Assembly: GCA_027623675.1 (NCBI GenBank)
Contig: JAQBVF010000007.1
Coordinates: 32,001-96,000, forward strand
DNA: 64,000 nt
Source: Chloroflexota bacterium
GTDB lineage: Bacteria; Chloroflexota; Dehalococcoidia; Lucifugimonadales; UBA3495
Direction: 5' to 3'
The notes beneath the pieces are model-generated. The model saw nothing but the letters and a program-made list of their open reading frames with translations, did not search any database and was not told the origin of the DNA. Of this stretch, positions 39,042 to 49,135 are shown in pieces; positions within the stretch are counted from its first letter, which is position 1; every line of letters starts with the position of its first letter. A program made the position numbers and the translations under genes.

Positions 39042-40304
39042 ATGAATAGGCGTACCATCGGCATGTTTGTGCTGCTGCTGGTGGTGGCTTTCTACGCCCT
39101 GGGCACCGGCTTCGACTTCTTCTTTAGATTTCTCTACATCCTGCTTCTGCTCACGGTGATCGGATTCTCGTGGGCCTGGCTGAATCTCCGCGGCATCGAC
39201 CTGAAAGTGACCAGAGACGCCAACCGCGGGCAGGTAGGAGGCTACCTGGCGGGCCAGGTTTCAATCGTCAACCATACCCGAATGCCCAAGTCCTGGCTCG
39301 AGGTGGCGGAGGCCACGGGGCCGTCGGCCGGCAACAGCGGCCGGGGGCTAGCTCTGGTGCGCGAGCAGGTGCGAAGCTGGCGGATCCGCACCTATCTGGC
39401 CAAGCGAGGCGTTTACCGGTCGGGCAAGGTGATGCTGATTAGCCAGGACCCCTTCGGGTTGTTTCACCTGCGCCGTGAGTTTGTGGACCCTCAGGCCTAC
39501 ATCGTCTTTCCAGCGGTTGAGCCTCTACCCGACCTGAACGCCCGATTCGCCGGCCTGCCCAGCGACAGCAGGACGACCCGGCATTGGGAGCAGATCACCA
39601 CCGACGTTGCGTCCATCCGGTCCTACGTGGAGGGAGACAGCCTGCGCCGCATCCACTGGCCCTATACCGCACGCATGAACCAGTTGATGGTCAAAGAATT
39701 CGACATTGGGCTATCGGCTGAGTCTTGGGTGCTGTTGGACATGCACCGCGACTCCCATTTCGGGGCGGACCAAGACGAGGTGAACAATACTGAGGAGCTG
39801 TCGGTCACGGTGGCCTCATCCATCATCAGCCGCCTGATCGACCAGTCGATGCCGGTGGGACTGGCGGCGAACGGCGACGAGAACCATGTTCACCGGCCCG
39901 ACAGCAGCCCGGAGCAGCGAGGCCGGCTGATGGAAATTCTGGCCGAGGTGCGGGCCCACGGGGAGCGTCCCCTCCACCAGTTCATCTACGACGTCAACAC
40001 CCACCTGAGCCAGTTCAACGCCCTGACCGTGGTGACATCGTCAGTGGACACACGGTGGGTGGCGTCGCTCACCGACCTGCGCCGCCGGGGCGTGGAGATC
40101 GCGGTGGTGTTGGTGGACCGGAGCAGCTTCGGCTCGCTGGAGAACATGGACGTTCCACTGGCAGCGCTCACCTCCAATCTGATACCCACCTATATGGTGC
40201 GTCGCGGCGACGCCCTGAATGACGCCCTCAGGGCCCCGGTCCGGGAGATTCTCCGGGGTTGGTCGACGGGAGCGGCAGCAGCGACGTTTGGAGCCGGGGC
40301 ATGA
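39042..40304 (+). CDS. DUF58 domain protein
   Basis: N-terminal TM pair; DPFGLF, IRSYVEGDSLRRIHW, LMVKEF. Confidence 0.9.
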   Translation: MNRRTIGMFVLLLVVAFYALGTGFDFFFRFLYILLLLTVIGFSWAWLNLRGIDLKVTRDANRGQVGGYLAGQVSIVNHTRMPKSWLEVAEATGPSAGNSGRGLALVREQVRSWRIRTYLAKRGVYRSGKVMLISQDPFGLFHLRREFVDPQAYIVFPAVEPLPDLNARFAGLPSDSRTTRHWEQITTDVASIRSYVEGDSLRRIHWPYTARMNQLMVKEFDIGLSAESWVLLDMHRDSHFGADQDEVNNTEELSVTVASSIISRLIDQSMPVGLAANGDENHVHRPDSSPEQRGRLMEILAEVRAHGERPLHQFIYDVNTHLSQFNALTVVTSSVDTRWVASLTDLRRRGVEIAVVLVDRSSFGSLENMDVPLAALTSNLIPTYMVRRGDALNDALRAPVREILRGWSTGAAAATFGAGA

Positions 40305-40344
40305 CCACCGGAACGCCATACACCGTGGACCTGAGTACCCGGCC

Positions 40345-42867
40345 ATGACATCCGAGGTTATGTCGGACGGGATGACTGCCCGGGAGCGGATAAGCGCCGA
40401 AGGGGCATGGGAAGTCGCCGCCTTCGTGGAACGCGCCTTACGTCCCACGGAGGGCTGGCTGGCGGCGGCGCTTCTGGCGCTGAACCTGGTGGTGGTCGTC
40501 ATGTCGGTGGAGCAGGCCGATTGGACGCCTTCCCCGAACCTGATCAACGTGCTATTCCTGGCCATGCTCACCGGCCTGTTACTCTGCAGGATTCCCGTCT
40601 GGACCGCCGTTCTTCTGCCGGCGGGCGTGGCGGTGGGCTTCGGCATCATCCTCTGGCAGCTCTCCACCTTCAGCATCGAAGGGGTCAGCGTGGGCGGAAC
40701 GGGGCAGGTGCTGGAACGGTTGAGCCTTTGGCTGGAGGCGGCGCGTTCTGGCTCGATAAACATCGACCGTCTGCCATTTGCCTTCGCATTGATGTCGGCG
40801 ACTTGGCTAACCGGGTTTCTTGGCGCCTGGTTGTTCCTGCGCTACCGAAACTTCTGGGGAGTTTTCGTCCTCGGCGGTATCGGGCTGCTTTCCAACCTGA
40901 CGTTTCTGCCACCAAACGCCGCATTTCACCTTGGGTTCTACCTTTTCACGGCCCTGATGGTGGTGGGCCGGGTCCAATCGGTCCGGCGCAAGCATGAATG
41001 GGAACGGCGCTCCATGAGGGTGGATGAGCACCTTGGCATGCTGTCATTCTCGGACAGTTTCACCCTGGCGGTACTGGTCATCTTGGTGGGGTTCCTGTTG
41101 CCTATCGCCCCCAAATGGGGCGTGGCAAACAACGCCTACGAGTCGATGCGCAGCCCCCTGGCCTCCATGGAGGACGACTTCAACCGATTGTTCGCCGGAC
41201 TGCCCGCTCGCAGGCCCCTGGGGTTTCGCATCTGGGACGACGTGATGGCCCTGCAGGGAAGCATCTACCCCACGACCACCCAGGTTTTATGGGTGGACTC
41301 GCCGGCGGAGTTGTATTGGAAGGCCCGCACCTATAACACCTACACCGGGAAGGGCTGGTTCTCGGAACATACGATCACCGAGCCGTTGGGATACGCCCCC
41401 GCGTTCACCTCGGGAAATATGGACCGCATGCGGTCCGAAGTCACCTATACCGTGAGTCCCTTGTACGAATCCAAGAAGCTGTTCACCGGGGACCAAGTTT
41501 CAGATGTGGACCGGGATGTCTTGATCGAGACCCAGGCGCCGCCAGTCTTTTATATCGACGTGACCCGGCTGCGGAACGGGGAACCCCTTCCCGATTATCT
41601 GGACCAGTTGGGCGATGCGATTCTGCAGGCCGTGGAGAACGGTGGGACCGCACTGAGCGACGGCGAATTGGCCCAGGCGCTGCCGCCCCAATTCCGGCTG
41701 GAATCCGTGGAGCGGGAGGCGGGTAGAGTGCTCCTGGTGCAGGTCATGGAGGCGCTGCCGCCGGTGGCCGAGGTCCTGGCGGTAAGCGCCCCCGAGGGCA
41801 AGATCAAGGTCGGAGAAGCCTATGCGGTTACATCGGCGATCCCATTGGCCACTCCGGAACAACTGCGGCAGGCGGGCACGGAATACCCGGCTTGGGTTTC
41901 AGAGCGCTACCTCCAACTGCCGCCTACGTTGCCCCAGCGGGTGCGTGACCTGGCTTCCCAAGTTGCCGACGATGAATCCACGCCCTACGGCAAAGCCGCC
42001 GCGGTGGAAGAATACCTGCAGATAACCTATCCGTACAACCTCCGGGTGAAACCGCCGCCCTTCAACGCCGACAGTGTGGACCACTTTCTCTTCACGCTGC
42101 AAGAGGGTTACAGCGAATATTTCGGTTCCGCCATGACGATTATGCTGCGCACGTTGGGGGTGCCGGCCAGATTGGCGGTCGGTTACACCACCGGGGACCG
42201 GGTTGAGGGAAAAACCATCTTCGCCGTAACCGATAGCCACAGCCACGCCTGGGTGGAGGTCTATTTCCCCGGGTTCGGTTGGTTCCCCTTCGAGCCGACG
42301 CCCGGCGAAGCGCTGCCCGACGCCTATAAGCCGAAGTCCGAACACCAGCAATCCGGAATTGCAGGGCAGGTCGATTTCGATCCATTCGACGAAGGCTGTT
42401 TCGACGATCTGGAATCTGAGTTCTGCGACGAGGAGGCCCAATCACTGACGGCATTTGAAGCCAGCGCCGACGGTGGCTGGAGCAGCCCAATCATCGGTCT
42501 CTGGCCTTGGATGCTGGGGGCCGCCGGGGGGCTGCTCTTGGTCTCCGGGTCCATCCTCTGGCTCTGGAGACGGTTACTGGCAGTGCCGAACAACCCCAGA
42601 TTAGCCTTCCAACGCATGACCACCCTGGCATCTCTCGCGGCGGCGGGGCCGGCCGATTTCCAAACGCCCTACCAGTTTGGACGCCAACTGCAAGGGGTGC
42701 TGCCGGCGCAGCAAGTCCCAGTCTCGATAATAGTGTCTGCCTACGTCCGCAGCCGCTTCGGCAACAAAACCCAGACGGCCAGCGAGCGGCGTTTGCAGGC
42801 GGTGGCGTGGCGGAGGCTGCGACTGCATCTGCTTTGGGCAGTCATCAGCCGTAGGGTCCGCGGTTAA
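40345..42867 (+). CDS. Membrane transglutaminase-like (TgpA-type) protein
   Basis: Multi-TM N-terminus; VDHFLF..EGYSEYFGSAM..RTLGVPARLAVGY, HAWVEVYFPGFGWFPFEPTP; start uncertain. Confidence 0.88.
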   Translation: MTSEVMSDGMTARERISAEGAWEVAAFVERALRPTEGWLAAALLALNLVVVVMSVEQADWTPSPNLINVLFLAMLTGLLLCRIPVWTAVLLPAGVAVGFGIILWQLSTFSIEGVSVGGTGQVLERLSLWLEAARSGSINIDRLPFAFALMSATWLTGFLGAWLFLRYRNFWGVFVLGGIGLLSNLTFLPPNAAFHLGFYLFTALMVVGRVQSVRRKHEWERRSMRVDEHLGMLSFSDSFTLAVLVILVGFLLPIAPKWGVANNAYESMRSPLASMEDDFNRLFAGLPARRPLGFRIWDDVMALQGSIYPTTTQVLWVDSPAELYWKARTYNTYTGKGWFSEHTITEPLGYAPAFTSGNMDRMRSEVTYTVSPLYESKKLFTGDQVSDVDRDVLIETQAPPVFYIDVTRLRNGEPLPDYLDQLGDAILQAVENGGTALSDGELAQALPPQFRLESVEREAGRVLLVQVMEALPPVAEVLAVSAPEGKIKVGEAYAVTSAIPLATPEQLRQAGTEYPAWVSERYLQLPPTLPQRVRDLASQVADDESTPYGKAAAVEEYLQITYPYNLRVKPPPFNADSVDHFLFTLQEGYSEYFGSAMTIMLRTLGVPARLAVGYTTGDRVEGKTIFAVTDSHSHAWVEVYFPGFGWFPFEPTPGEALPDAYKPKSEHQQSGIAGQVDFDPFDEGCFDDLESEFCDEEAQSLTAFEASADGGWSSPIIGLWPWMLGAAGGLLLVSGSILWLWRRLLAVPNNPRLAFQRMTTLASLAAAGPADFQTPYQFGRQLQGVLPAQQVPVSIIVSAYVRSRFGNKTQTASERRLQAVAWRRLRLHLLWAVISRRVRG

Positions 42868-42915
42868 GATAGACGAACAGACTTCTTAAGATTTCCGACA
42901 TGAAATAAGGAGAGC

Positions 42916-43428
42916 ATGGTGAAGGGCGACAAATACCACCTGGAAGAATTGCCCTTGGGTTGGATGGCGCTCTTAGCCGGGGCTGACGGCCTCAAGCGGG
43001 CGTCGCTCAAGCCAACACCCCAAGAAGCCCTGGAGGACTTGGGAACCGGCCTAGATGACGCAGAAGACGACCCAGAGGCGTTTACCCAGACGATCGAATG
43101 CCTGCACCGCTACGCCGATGGGGATATGACGGCGCTGGACCAGCTGGAATTGGACCTGTCTCGGGTCACCCCTTTCTTCAGGGCGGCCTGGAACGCCTGC
43201 CGCAGCATACCGCCAGGGGAGACCCGCAGCTATGCGTGGTTGGCCGCCGAAGCAGGCAGCCCACTGGCCATGCGGGCGGCCGGACAGGCCATGGCACGAA
43301 ACAGGTTTTCGCTGATCGTACCCTGCCACCGGGTCATCGCCAGCGACGGCGGACTGGGCGGATACGGTGGCGGCGGATTGGGCGTTAAGGCCCGGCTGCT
43401 CCAGATGGAACTGGCGCGGCTGGAATGA
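42916..43428 (+). CDS. ogt: Methylated-DNA--protein-cysteine methyltransferase
   Basis: IPPGETRSY, RAAGQA, VPCHRV active site. Confidence 0.93.
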   Translation: MVKGDKYHLEELPLGWMALLAGADGLKRASLKPTPQEALEDLGTGLDDAEDDPEAFTQTIECLHRYADGDMTALDQLELDLSRVTPFFRAAWNACRSIPPGETRSYAWLAAEAGSPLAMRAAGQAMARNRFSLIVPCHRVIASDGGLGGYGGGGLGVKARLLQMELARLE

Positions 43429-43497
43429 TTCCGTCAGCATAAACAATCAAACCGTTCCAGGAGCGCAGCGGCCTGATTTTTTACTCGCCTTAGGTCT

Positions 43498-43731
43498 CTA
43501 ATCTAACCCGGTGTCCTTGGCGTTCTTTGGTTCTGATTCGACGCAGATCGGACAGAGCTGCCAGCAATTGAACAGACTGGCGACGCCCGGATACCCGCGC
43601 AAGGCAACGGACAGAAGCGTCGACACTCCAAGTGCAATCAGGACGATTGGCCAGACAGAAACGTCCGCTAGCGCCGCTATCCCGACTGCTGTTAGTACAA
43701 GTCCCCAAATAATCATTTGGCGCACTCCCAC
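43498..43731 (-). CDS. Small membrane protein
   Basis: Two hydrophobic segments (WGLVLTAVGIAAL; WPIVLIALG) and a Cys-rich tail. Confidence 0.55.
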   Translation of the reverse strand: MGVRQMIIWGLVLTAVGIAALADVSVWPIVLIALGVSTLLSVALRGYPGVASLFNCWQLCPICVESEPKNAKDTGLD

Positions 43732-43804
43732 ATCAGGCTTGTCAACCGTATTCTACCAGAAACGGCCTTCGCGCTTCCGAGGCATTCCCGCCATCGCTAT
43801 ACTA

Positions 43805-44716
43805 ATGAGCGGCAATAATTCGGTCCCAAGGAGTAGACCAGTGGACGGCCACCAAAACGGAGCCCCGCCCAGCGAGCATTGGGCTGAGATAGGTGAACTG
43901 CAGGTCCGGTACCTGGATTGGGGCGGTGACGGCGCGCCCCTGTTGGCCCTGCACGGCCTGGCATCCACGGCCCATTGGTACGACATCGTGGCTCCCCTGC
44001 TACGGGACCGCTACCGGACGATTGCCCCGGACCAACGGGGGCACGGCCAGACGACCGCGGCGCCCAGCGGCTACGATTGGCGGACGCTGTCTGACGACCT
44101 GGCCCGGCTGCTCGACCACGTTGGACTGGACAAGGTCTCGGTGATGGGCCATTCCTGGGGCGGCAACGTGGCGACCAACTTCGCCGCCAACCATCCCAGC
44201 CGGGTGGAGCGCCTGATCATGATTGACGGCGGGTTCTTGGACTGGACGCTGTTCCCCGACGCAACCTGGGAGTCTTTTTCCCACCGGGTGCGGCCCAGAG
44301 ACGTGACCGGAAACCGGAACGAATTCCTAGATCGTCTGCGCAACCAGATGGGAGTGATTTGGAACAGTGAGATAGAGCGCATCGTCCAGACGATGGTTTA
44401 CGAAGATGACAAAGGCCAGATCCAGGATATCTTGCGTGCCGAGAACCATACGCAGGTGATCCGAGCCATGTGGGACGAACCGGCATCCACCACGCTGCCC
44501 AGGATTGAATGCCCCACTTTGGTGGTGCCTGCCGGTCCAACGCCCGAGCGCGCCGGCACTGATTTCGCTGAAGCGCGCCGCCGGATGGTCGAAGCCGCTG
44601 CATCAAGCCTCAAGAATGGCCGGGTATATTGGGTGCCGGAAACGATCCACGACATCGGCTACCACAAGCCCCAAGAATTGGCGCAGGTCATTGGCGACTT
44701 CTTATCGGAAGGGTAG
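43805..44716 (+). CDS. Alpha/beta hydrolase
   Basis: LHGLAS, PDQRGHG, GHSWGG, TIHD. Confidence 0.9.
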   Translation: MSGNNSVPRSRPVDGHQNGAPPSEHWAEIGELQVRYLDWGGDGAPLLALHGLASTAHWYDIVAPLLRDRYRTIAPDQRGHGQTTAAPSGYDWRTLSDDLARLLDHVGLDKVSVMGHSWGGNVATNFAANHPSRVERLIMIDGGFLDWTLFPDATWESFSHRVRPRDVTGNRNEFLDRLRNQMGVIWNSEIERIVQTMVYEDDKGQIQDILRAENHTQVIRAMWDEPASTTLPRIECPTLVVPAGPTPERAGTDFAEARRRMVEAAASSLKNGRVYWVPETIHDIGYHKPQELAQVIGDFLSEG

Positions 44717-44989
44717 AGGGTTCATTCCAAAGGTTCATCATGAGCAACACGGTAGAGGGCGGATGCCGTCATTTCAGGGGAAGTCGAAATGGCGGTCGTG
44801 CCGAGCAACCACACTCGCGAGTTGTCATTCTGATCCTTCCGCAGAAGGAGAAGAATCTCTTTGCTTGACTTCAAGGTTGCTATCGAACCGCGGGACCGGA
44901 GGTTGGCTGCCCATCAGGGACGTAATTCCTCTCTTCGTTCGGAATGATGAAGGCAGCGGCATCCACCCAGCAGACTCCGGAATGACTCA
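44717..44989. repeat. Composite REP/MITE-like element, copy 2 (~273 bp)
   Basis: Shares GAGCAACCACACTCGC, AGAAGGAGAAGAATCTCTTTGCTTGACTTCAA and GCGGCATCCACCCA with copy 1. Confidence 0.8.
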
Positions 44990-45172
44990 GGTACTTTTGC
45001 CAGGCGAACAGGCCCCAGCCAAGCCCCTGGTTGTCGACCGCTTTAGCAGTCTCCATGGAGATATTGGTCAACTCGGCATAGGGCTCCGCTTCCGCGCCGG
45101 CGTCTTTGGGTGTCCGGGCGGTCAGTGTGGCAGGGTCCAAGGATCGGCTTGGGTATGCCGTCAGACCAGTGA

Positions 45173-48100
45173 TTAAAAAGGAGGCTCGTCGGCAGCCGAT
45201 TCCGCACCGACCGGCACGGATATCTTTGCTTCCTCTTCCATGCCCAACCCAGCCGGAGCCTCTGCCATTGCCGCTGGAGCTGCCTGGGGCGAATCTATGG
45301 ATTCTGTAAGCCCGGGAGTATTTACCGGTTCCATTTCCGCTGAGACATCAGCCTGAATCGGCGCTTCTGCGGCAGATTTGTCGGGGGCCGGCGCTGCAGT
45401 AGCCTGTGGTGCGGGTTCAAGAGGCATGGTCACCGGGACTTCCTCCGGCGGCTCCATCCCCAAGCCCAACTCCTGATGGACCGTCACCGTATCGGGGCCC
45501 AACAGGTCTTCCAGGCGGGTTTGCAGAGCGTCACAATAGCCCGTGCTAACTACCGGCAGGTCCATACGGACCCGTTTCTCTCCGGTGCGGATGTCCAGGT
45601 TCACCCGGTCGCGGCCAGGATATTCCAGCAATACTCCGATAACCTCCCGCAACAGGTAGGCGTCGTGGCTAGCATCGTCGGACTCGGTTACCGCAAGCCG
45701 CACCACCTTTTGGGGCGTGGCTGGAATGATATTGCCTGTGGTCATCTGCGCCTTCTTTTCACTTATGTTAGTTCTGTTGGAACCGTTTGAGCCCCCGGCA
45801 TTGTTTATCCCGTTGCCGTTCTTCTGGCCATTACCGTTGTTGTAGCCGTTGCCGTTCTGGCCGTTCCCGTTCTTATAGCCGTTATAGGGTTTTCCCGCCG
45901 CCGGGGTTGCCAGCGGGTTCTCTGGGTCAAACTCAAGAGCGCCGTCGCAGGCGAGAGACATCTGGTCCCCGCGCAAACGCAGCCGGCCGGCCACCCGCAC
46001 CAGGCGGCCATCCTCCCAGACATCCGAGGTACGGACCAGGGTGTCGGGCCAGACCATGACCTCCAAAAAACCGCCCAGGACCTCAAGGTTCACGATGTAG
46101 AATCGCTTCCCTTCCTTGGTGCTGCGTTCCGTGATAGACGAGATATAGCCAACCATGTCGATCGACTGCCCGGACATCTCATCGGTCAACTGGTCCAGAG
46201 AGTTGAGGGCCCCGCCAGTGTCCATTGAACTCAGCGCGCTGAGCGGGTTGTGGGAAAGTGTCATGCCCAGCAATTCCCGCTCCCAGGCCGCTTTCTCCTG
46301 GTCGGAAACGTCGGGGGCGTTGAGAGTGATCCCGCTCATACCGCCGCTGGTGCTCACCTCTTCATTGCCGTCGAACATGCTGCTCTGGCCGGAATCGCGG
46401 GTGCGGGCCTCCCGTTGAGCGGTAGCGGCGATCTGGTCCAGGGCTCCCATCACCGCGCCCCTGCTGGCCAGACTGTCGAATGTTCCGGCCTTGGCCATGC
46501 TCTCCAGGATGCGCCGGTTCAGCCCGGAAGCTCCGGCCCGGCGGCAGAAATCATCGATGGACCGGAACGGCCCGTTGGTCTTTCGTTCTTCGACCACCGG
46601 CCGGATAGCGCCCTCGCCCACCGTCTTTATCGCGGCCAAACCGATCCTCAGACCTGGACCGCTGAATGCGGTCCCGTCGCCAGATTGGGAATCGCCGGTT
46701 TGGGTGTCTATCGAGAAGAACTCCTCGGACCGGTTGATATCCGGCAGCAATATGGGGATATTCAACCGGAAGCACTCGTTCATGGATGTGAGGGTCTTCT
46801 CCGGGTTGTCCAGCCGCGAGTTGAGCACCGCCGCCATGTATTCGACCGGGTAATGCTGCTTGAAGTAGCCCGTCCAGTACGAGATCAGGGCGTAGCTGAC
46901 GCTATGGGCCTTGTTGAAGGCGTATCCGGCGAACGGCTCAATGAGATCGAATATCTCGATCGCCACGTCTTCGCCGAAGCCCTTGGCGCTCGCGCCCGCC
47001 ACGAAGTTGACCCGCTCTTCGGCCATCATCGAGGCGATCTTCTTGCCCATGGCTTTGCGCACGATGTCGGCCGACCCCAGGGTGTAACCGGCGAACTGCT
47101 GCAAAATCAACAAAACCTGGTCCTGGTAGACGATGACGCCGTAGGTCTCATCCAGCAGCTCTTTGAAGCTGGGATGCGGGTAGGAGATGGGCTTGCGGCC
47201 GTGCTTGGCATCGATGAACGTTTCGATGTTTTCCATGGGACCGGGGCGGTAAAGGGCGATCATGGCCGCGATGTCGCCCAGGTTGGACGGCTTCAGCTCT
47301 CGGATATAACGCTGCATCCCCGCGCTTTCAAGCTGGAACAGGTCGGTGGTGTTCCCGGATGAAAGCAATTCGTAGGTGGGGGCATCGTCTAGAGGCAGTT
47401 TTTGCAGGTCTATCTGGACTCCCTGGTTCTTCTCCACCAGCTTGACGGCCCGGTCGAGGATGGTCAGGTTGGTCAGCCCCAGGAAGTCCATCTTCAGCAG
47501 GCCCAGGTGAGCCACCGGGTCCATCGAGTACTGAGTCATCAGCACCGGGCTGCTCTCGTCGCCCCGGGCGGGTCTTTGCAGAGGCACCGTCTCGGTCAGT
47601 GGCTCATCGGCGATCAATACGCCAGCGGCATGGGTGCTTACGTGGTGGACGATACCCTCCAGCCCTTGGGCATTGATAACCAGCTTGGCGACGTCGGGTT
47701 CCTGCTCGTAGGCCGTCTTCAACTCAGCGCTAACGCGCAGGGCGTCGTCCAAGGTGCGGGCCTTCAGGGGGACCATGCGGGCGATTCGGTCTACTTCGCT
47801 ATAACCCATGCCCAACGCCCGGCCCACGTCCCGGAGCGCCGCCTTGGCGCCCAACGTGCCAAAGGTGATTATCTGGGCCACGCGGTCATTGCCGTAGCGG
47901 TTGATCACGTAATGCAGGACTTCGTCGCGGCGGTCATCCTGGAAGTCCAGGTCGATATCCGGCATCTCTTTGCGTTCCATGTTGAGGAAACGCTCGAAAA
48001 CCAGACGGTACTCCATGGGGTCGACTTCGGTGATGCCCAAGCAATACAGGGCCACGCTGGCGGCGGCGCTGCCGCGCACACCGTACATGATGTTGTTCTT

Positions 48101-49135
48101 ACGGACGAAGTCGATGATGTCCCACACCACCAGGAAGTAGTTGGCGAATTGGGTGTGGCGTATGACGTCGAGCTCGTAGCTGAGCCGGTCCCGGTCTTCA
48201 GCCCTGGGATGTGGGTAGAGGCGCCGAAAGCCCTCTTCGCACAACTGGGCCAGGTACTCGTCGGCGTCCATGCCGTTGGGCGTTGGGTATTTGGGCAGGT
48301 GGGTCTGGCCGAAGTCCAACTCCACGTTGCACATATCGGCCACGAGCTGAGTGTTTTCCAGGGCCGGTATAAAATCGGGGAAGAGTTGGGCCATCTCCCC
48401 CGGACTCTTGATGTAGTAGGAGTTATCCTCCATTCGGAGGCGTTTCTCGTCGTGGATCGTGGTGCTTGTCTGGATGCAGATGTAGATGTCCTGCAACGGG
48501 GAGTCGGCCTGATTGACGTAATGGGCGTCGTTGGTGACGATCAGCGGCAGGTCCAGCTTCTTGCCCATGGTGATCAGTCCCTCGTTGATCCGGGGCAATT
48601 GGGGGACGTGCTCGTGGCGCTGGATCTCCAGGAAGTAGCCGTCTCCGAAGCGCTCTTTGTACCAACCGGCAGCCTTGGCGGCAGCTTCGTCGTTGCCGTC
48701 GGCGATCAGGCGCGGGACCTCGGCCGATGGGCAGGCGGAGAGGACGGCCAAGCCCTGGCCAAATTCCTCGAGAAGACCCTTGTCGATACGGGGGCGGTAG
48801 TGGAATCCGTCAACGTGGGCCTTGGTGACCAACTGCATCAGGTTGCGGTAGCCGGTGTTGTCCCGGGCCAGCAGGACCAGATGGTTGGGGCTGCGCTCTG
48901 AGGGGTCTTTGTCGAAGCGGCTGTTGTGGGCAACGTATACTTCACAGCCGATGATCGGCTTGATGCCCACGTCTTTACACGCCGAGTAGAAGTCGACCAC
49001 GCCGTAAAAAGTGCCATGATCGGTGATGGCCAGGGCATCCATCCCCAGTTCCTTGGTGCGCGCCACCAGGTTGGGAATCCGGCTGATGCCGTCCAGCATG
49101 CTGTATTCGGTGTGAACGTGAAGGTGCGTGAACAC
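45173..49135 (-). CDS. dnaE: DNA polymerase III subunit alpha
   Basis: FTHLHVHTEYSMLDG, RGSAAAS, PDIDLD, STHAAG, KMDFLGL, YAFNKAH; GTG start. Confidence 0.98.
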   Translation of the reverse strand: MFTHLHVHTEYSMLDGISRIPNLVARTKELGMDALAITDHGTFYGVVDFYSACKDVGIKPIIGCEVYVAHNSRFDKDPSERSPNHLVLLARDNTGYRNLMQLVTKAHVDGFHYRPRIDKGLLEEFGQGLAVLSACPSAEVPRLIADGNDEAAAKAAGWYKERFGDGYFLEIQRHEHVPQLPRINEGLITMGKKLDLPLIVTNDAHYVNQADSPLQDIYICIQTSTTIHDEKRLRMEDNSYYIKSPGEMAQLFPDFIPALENTQLVADMCNVELDFGQTHLPKYPTPNGMDADEYLAQLCEEGFRRLYPHPRAEDRDRLSYELDVIRHTQFANYFLVVWDIIDFVRKNNIMYGVRGSAAASVALYCLGITEVDPMEYRLVFERFLNMERKEMPDIDLDFQDDRRDEVLHYVINRYGNDRVAQIITFGTLGAKAALRDVGRALGMGYSEVDRIARMVPLKARTLDDALRVSAELKTAYEQEPDVAKLVINAQGLEGIVHHVSTHAAGVLIADEPLTETVPLQRPARGDESSPVLMTQYSMDPVAHLGLLKMDFLGLTNLTILDRAVKLVEKNQGVQIDLQKLPLDDAPTYELLSSGNTTDLFQLESAGMQRYIRELKPSNLGDIAAMIALYRPGPMENIETFIDAKHGRKPISYPHPSFKELLDETYGVIVYQDQVLLILQQFAGYTLGSADIVRKAMGKKIASMMAEERVNFVAGASAKGFGEDVAIEIFDLIEPFAGYAFNKAHSVSYALISYWTGYFKQHYPVEYMAAVLNSRLDNPEKTLTSMNECFRLNIPILLPDINRSEEFFSIDTQTGDSQSGDGTAFSGPGLRIGLAAIKTVGEGAIRPVVEERKTNGPFRSIDDFCRRAGASGLNRRILESMAKAGTFDSLASRGAVMGALDQIAATAQREARTRDSGQSSMFDGNEEVSTSGGMSGITLNAPDVSDQEKAAWERELLGMTLSHNPLSALSSMDTGGALNSLDQLTDEMSGQSIDMVGYISSITERSTKEGKRFYIVNLEVLGGFLEVMVWPDTLVRTSDVWEDGRLVRVAGRLRLRGDQMSLACDGALEFDPENPLATPAAGKPYNGYKNGNGQNGNGYNNGNGQKNGNGINNAGGSNGSNRTNISEKKAQMTTGNIIPATPQKVVRLAVTESDDASHDAYLLREVIGVLLEYPGRDRVNLDIRTGEKRVRMDLPVVSTGYCDALQTRLEDLLGPDTVTVHQELGLGMEPPEEVPVTMPLEPAPQATAAPAPDKSAAEAPIQADVSAEMEPVNTPGLTESIDSPQAAPAAMAEAPAGLGMEEEAKISVPVGAESAADEPPF

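Noticed and set aside
40301..40348. ATGA-coupled start suggesting a frameshift in the transglutaminase gene
   Set aside because: That frame closes after 15 codons and an in-frame ATG at 40345 explains the gene; cannot be resolved without homologues
44880..45140. 86-aa minus-strand ORF
   Set aside because: Runs into the repeat element and has a weak start; possibly a gene relic but unsupported
46250..48901. 370-aa and 499-aa plus-strand ORFs
   Set aside because: Antisense shadows of dnaE, typical of high-GC codon bias
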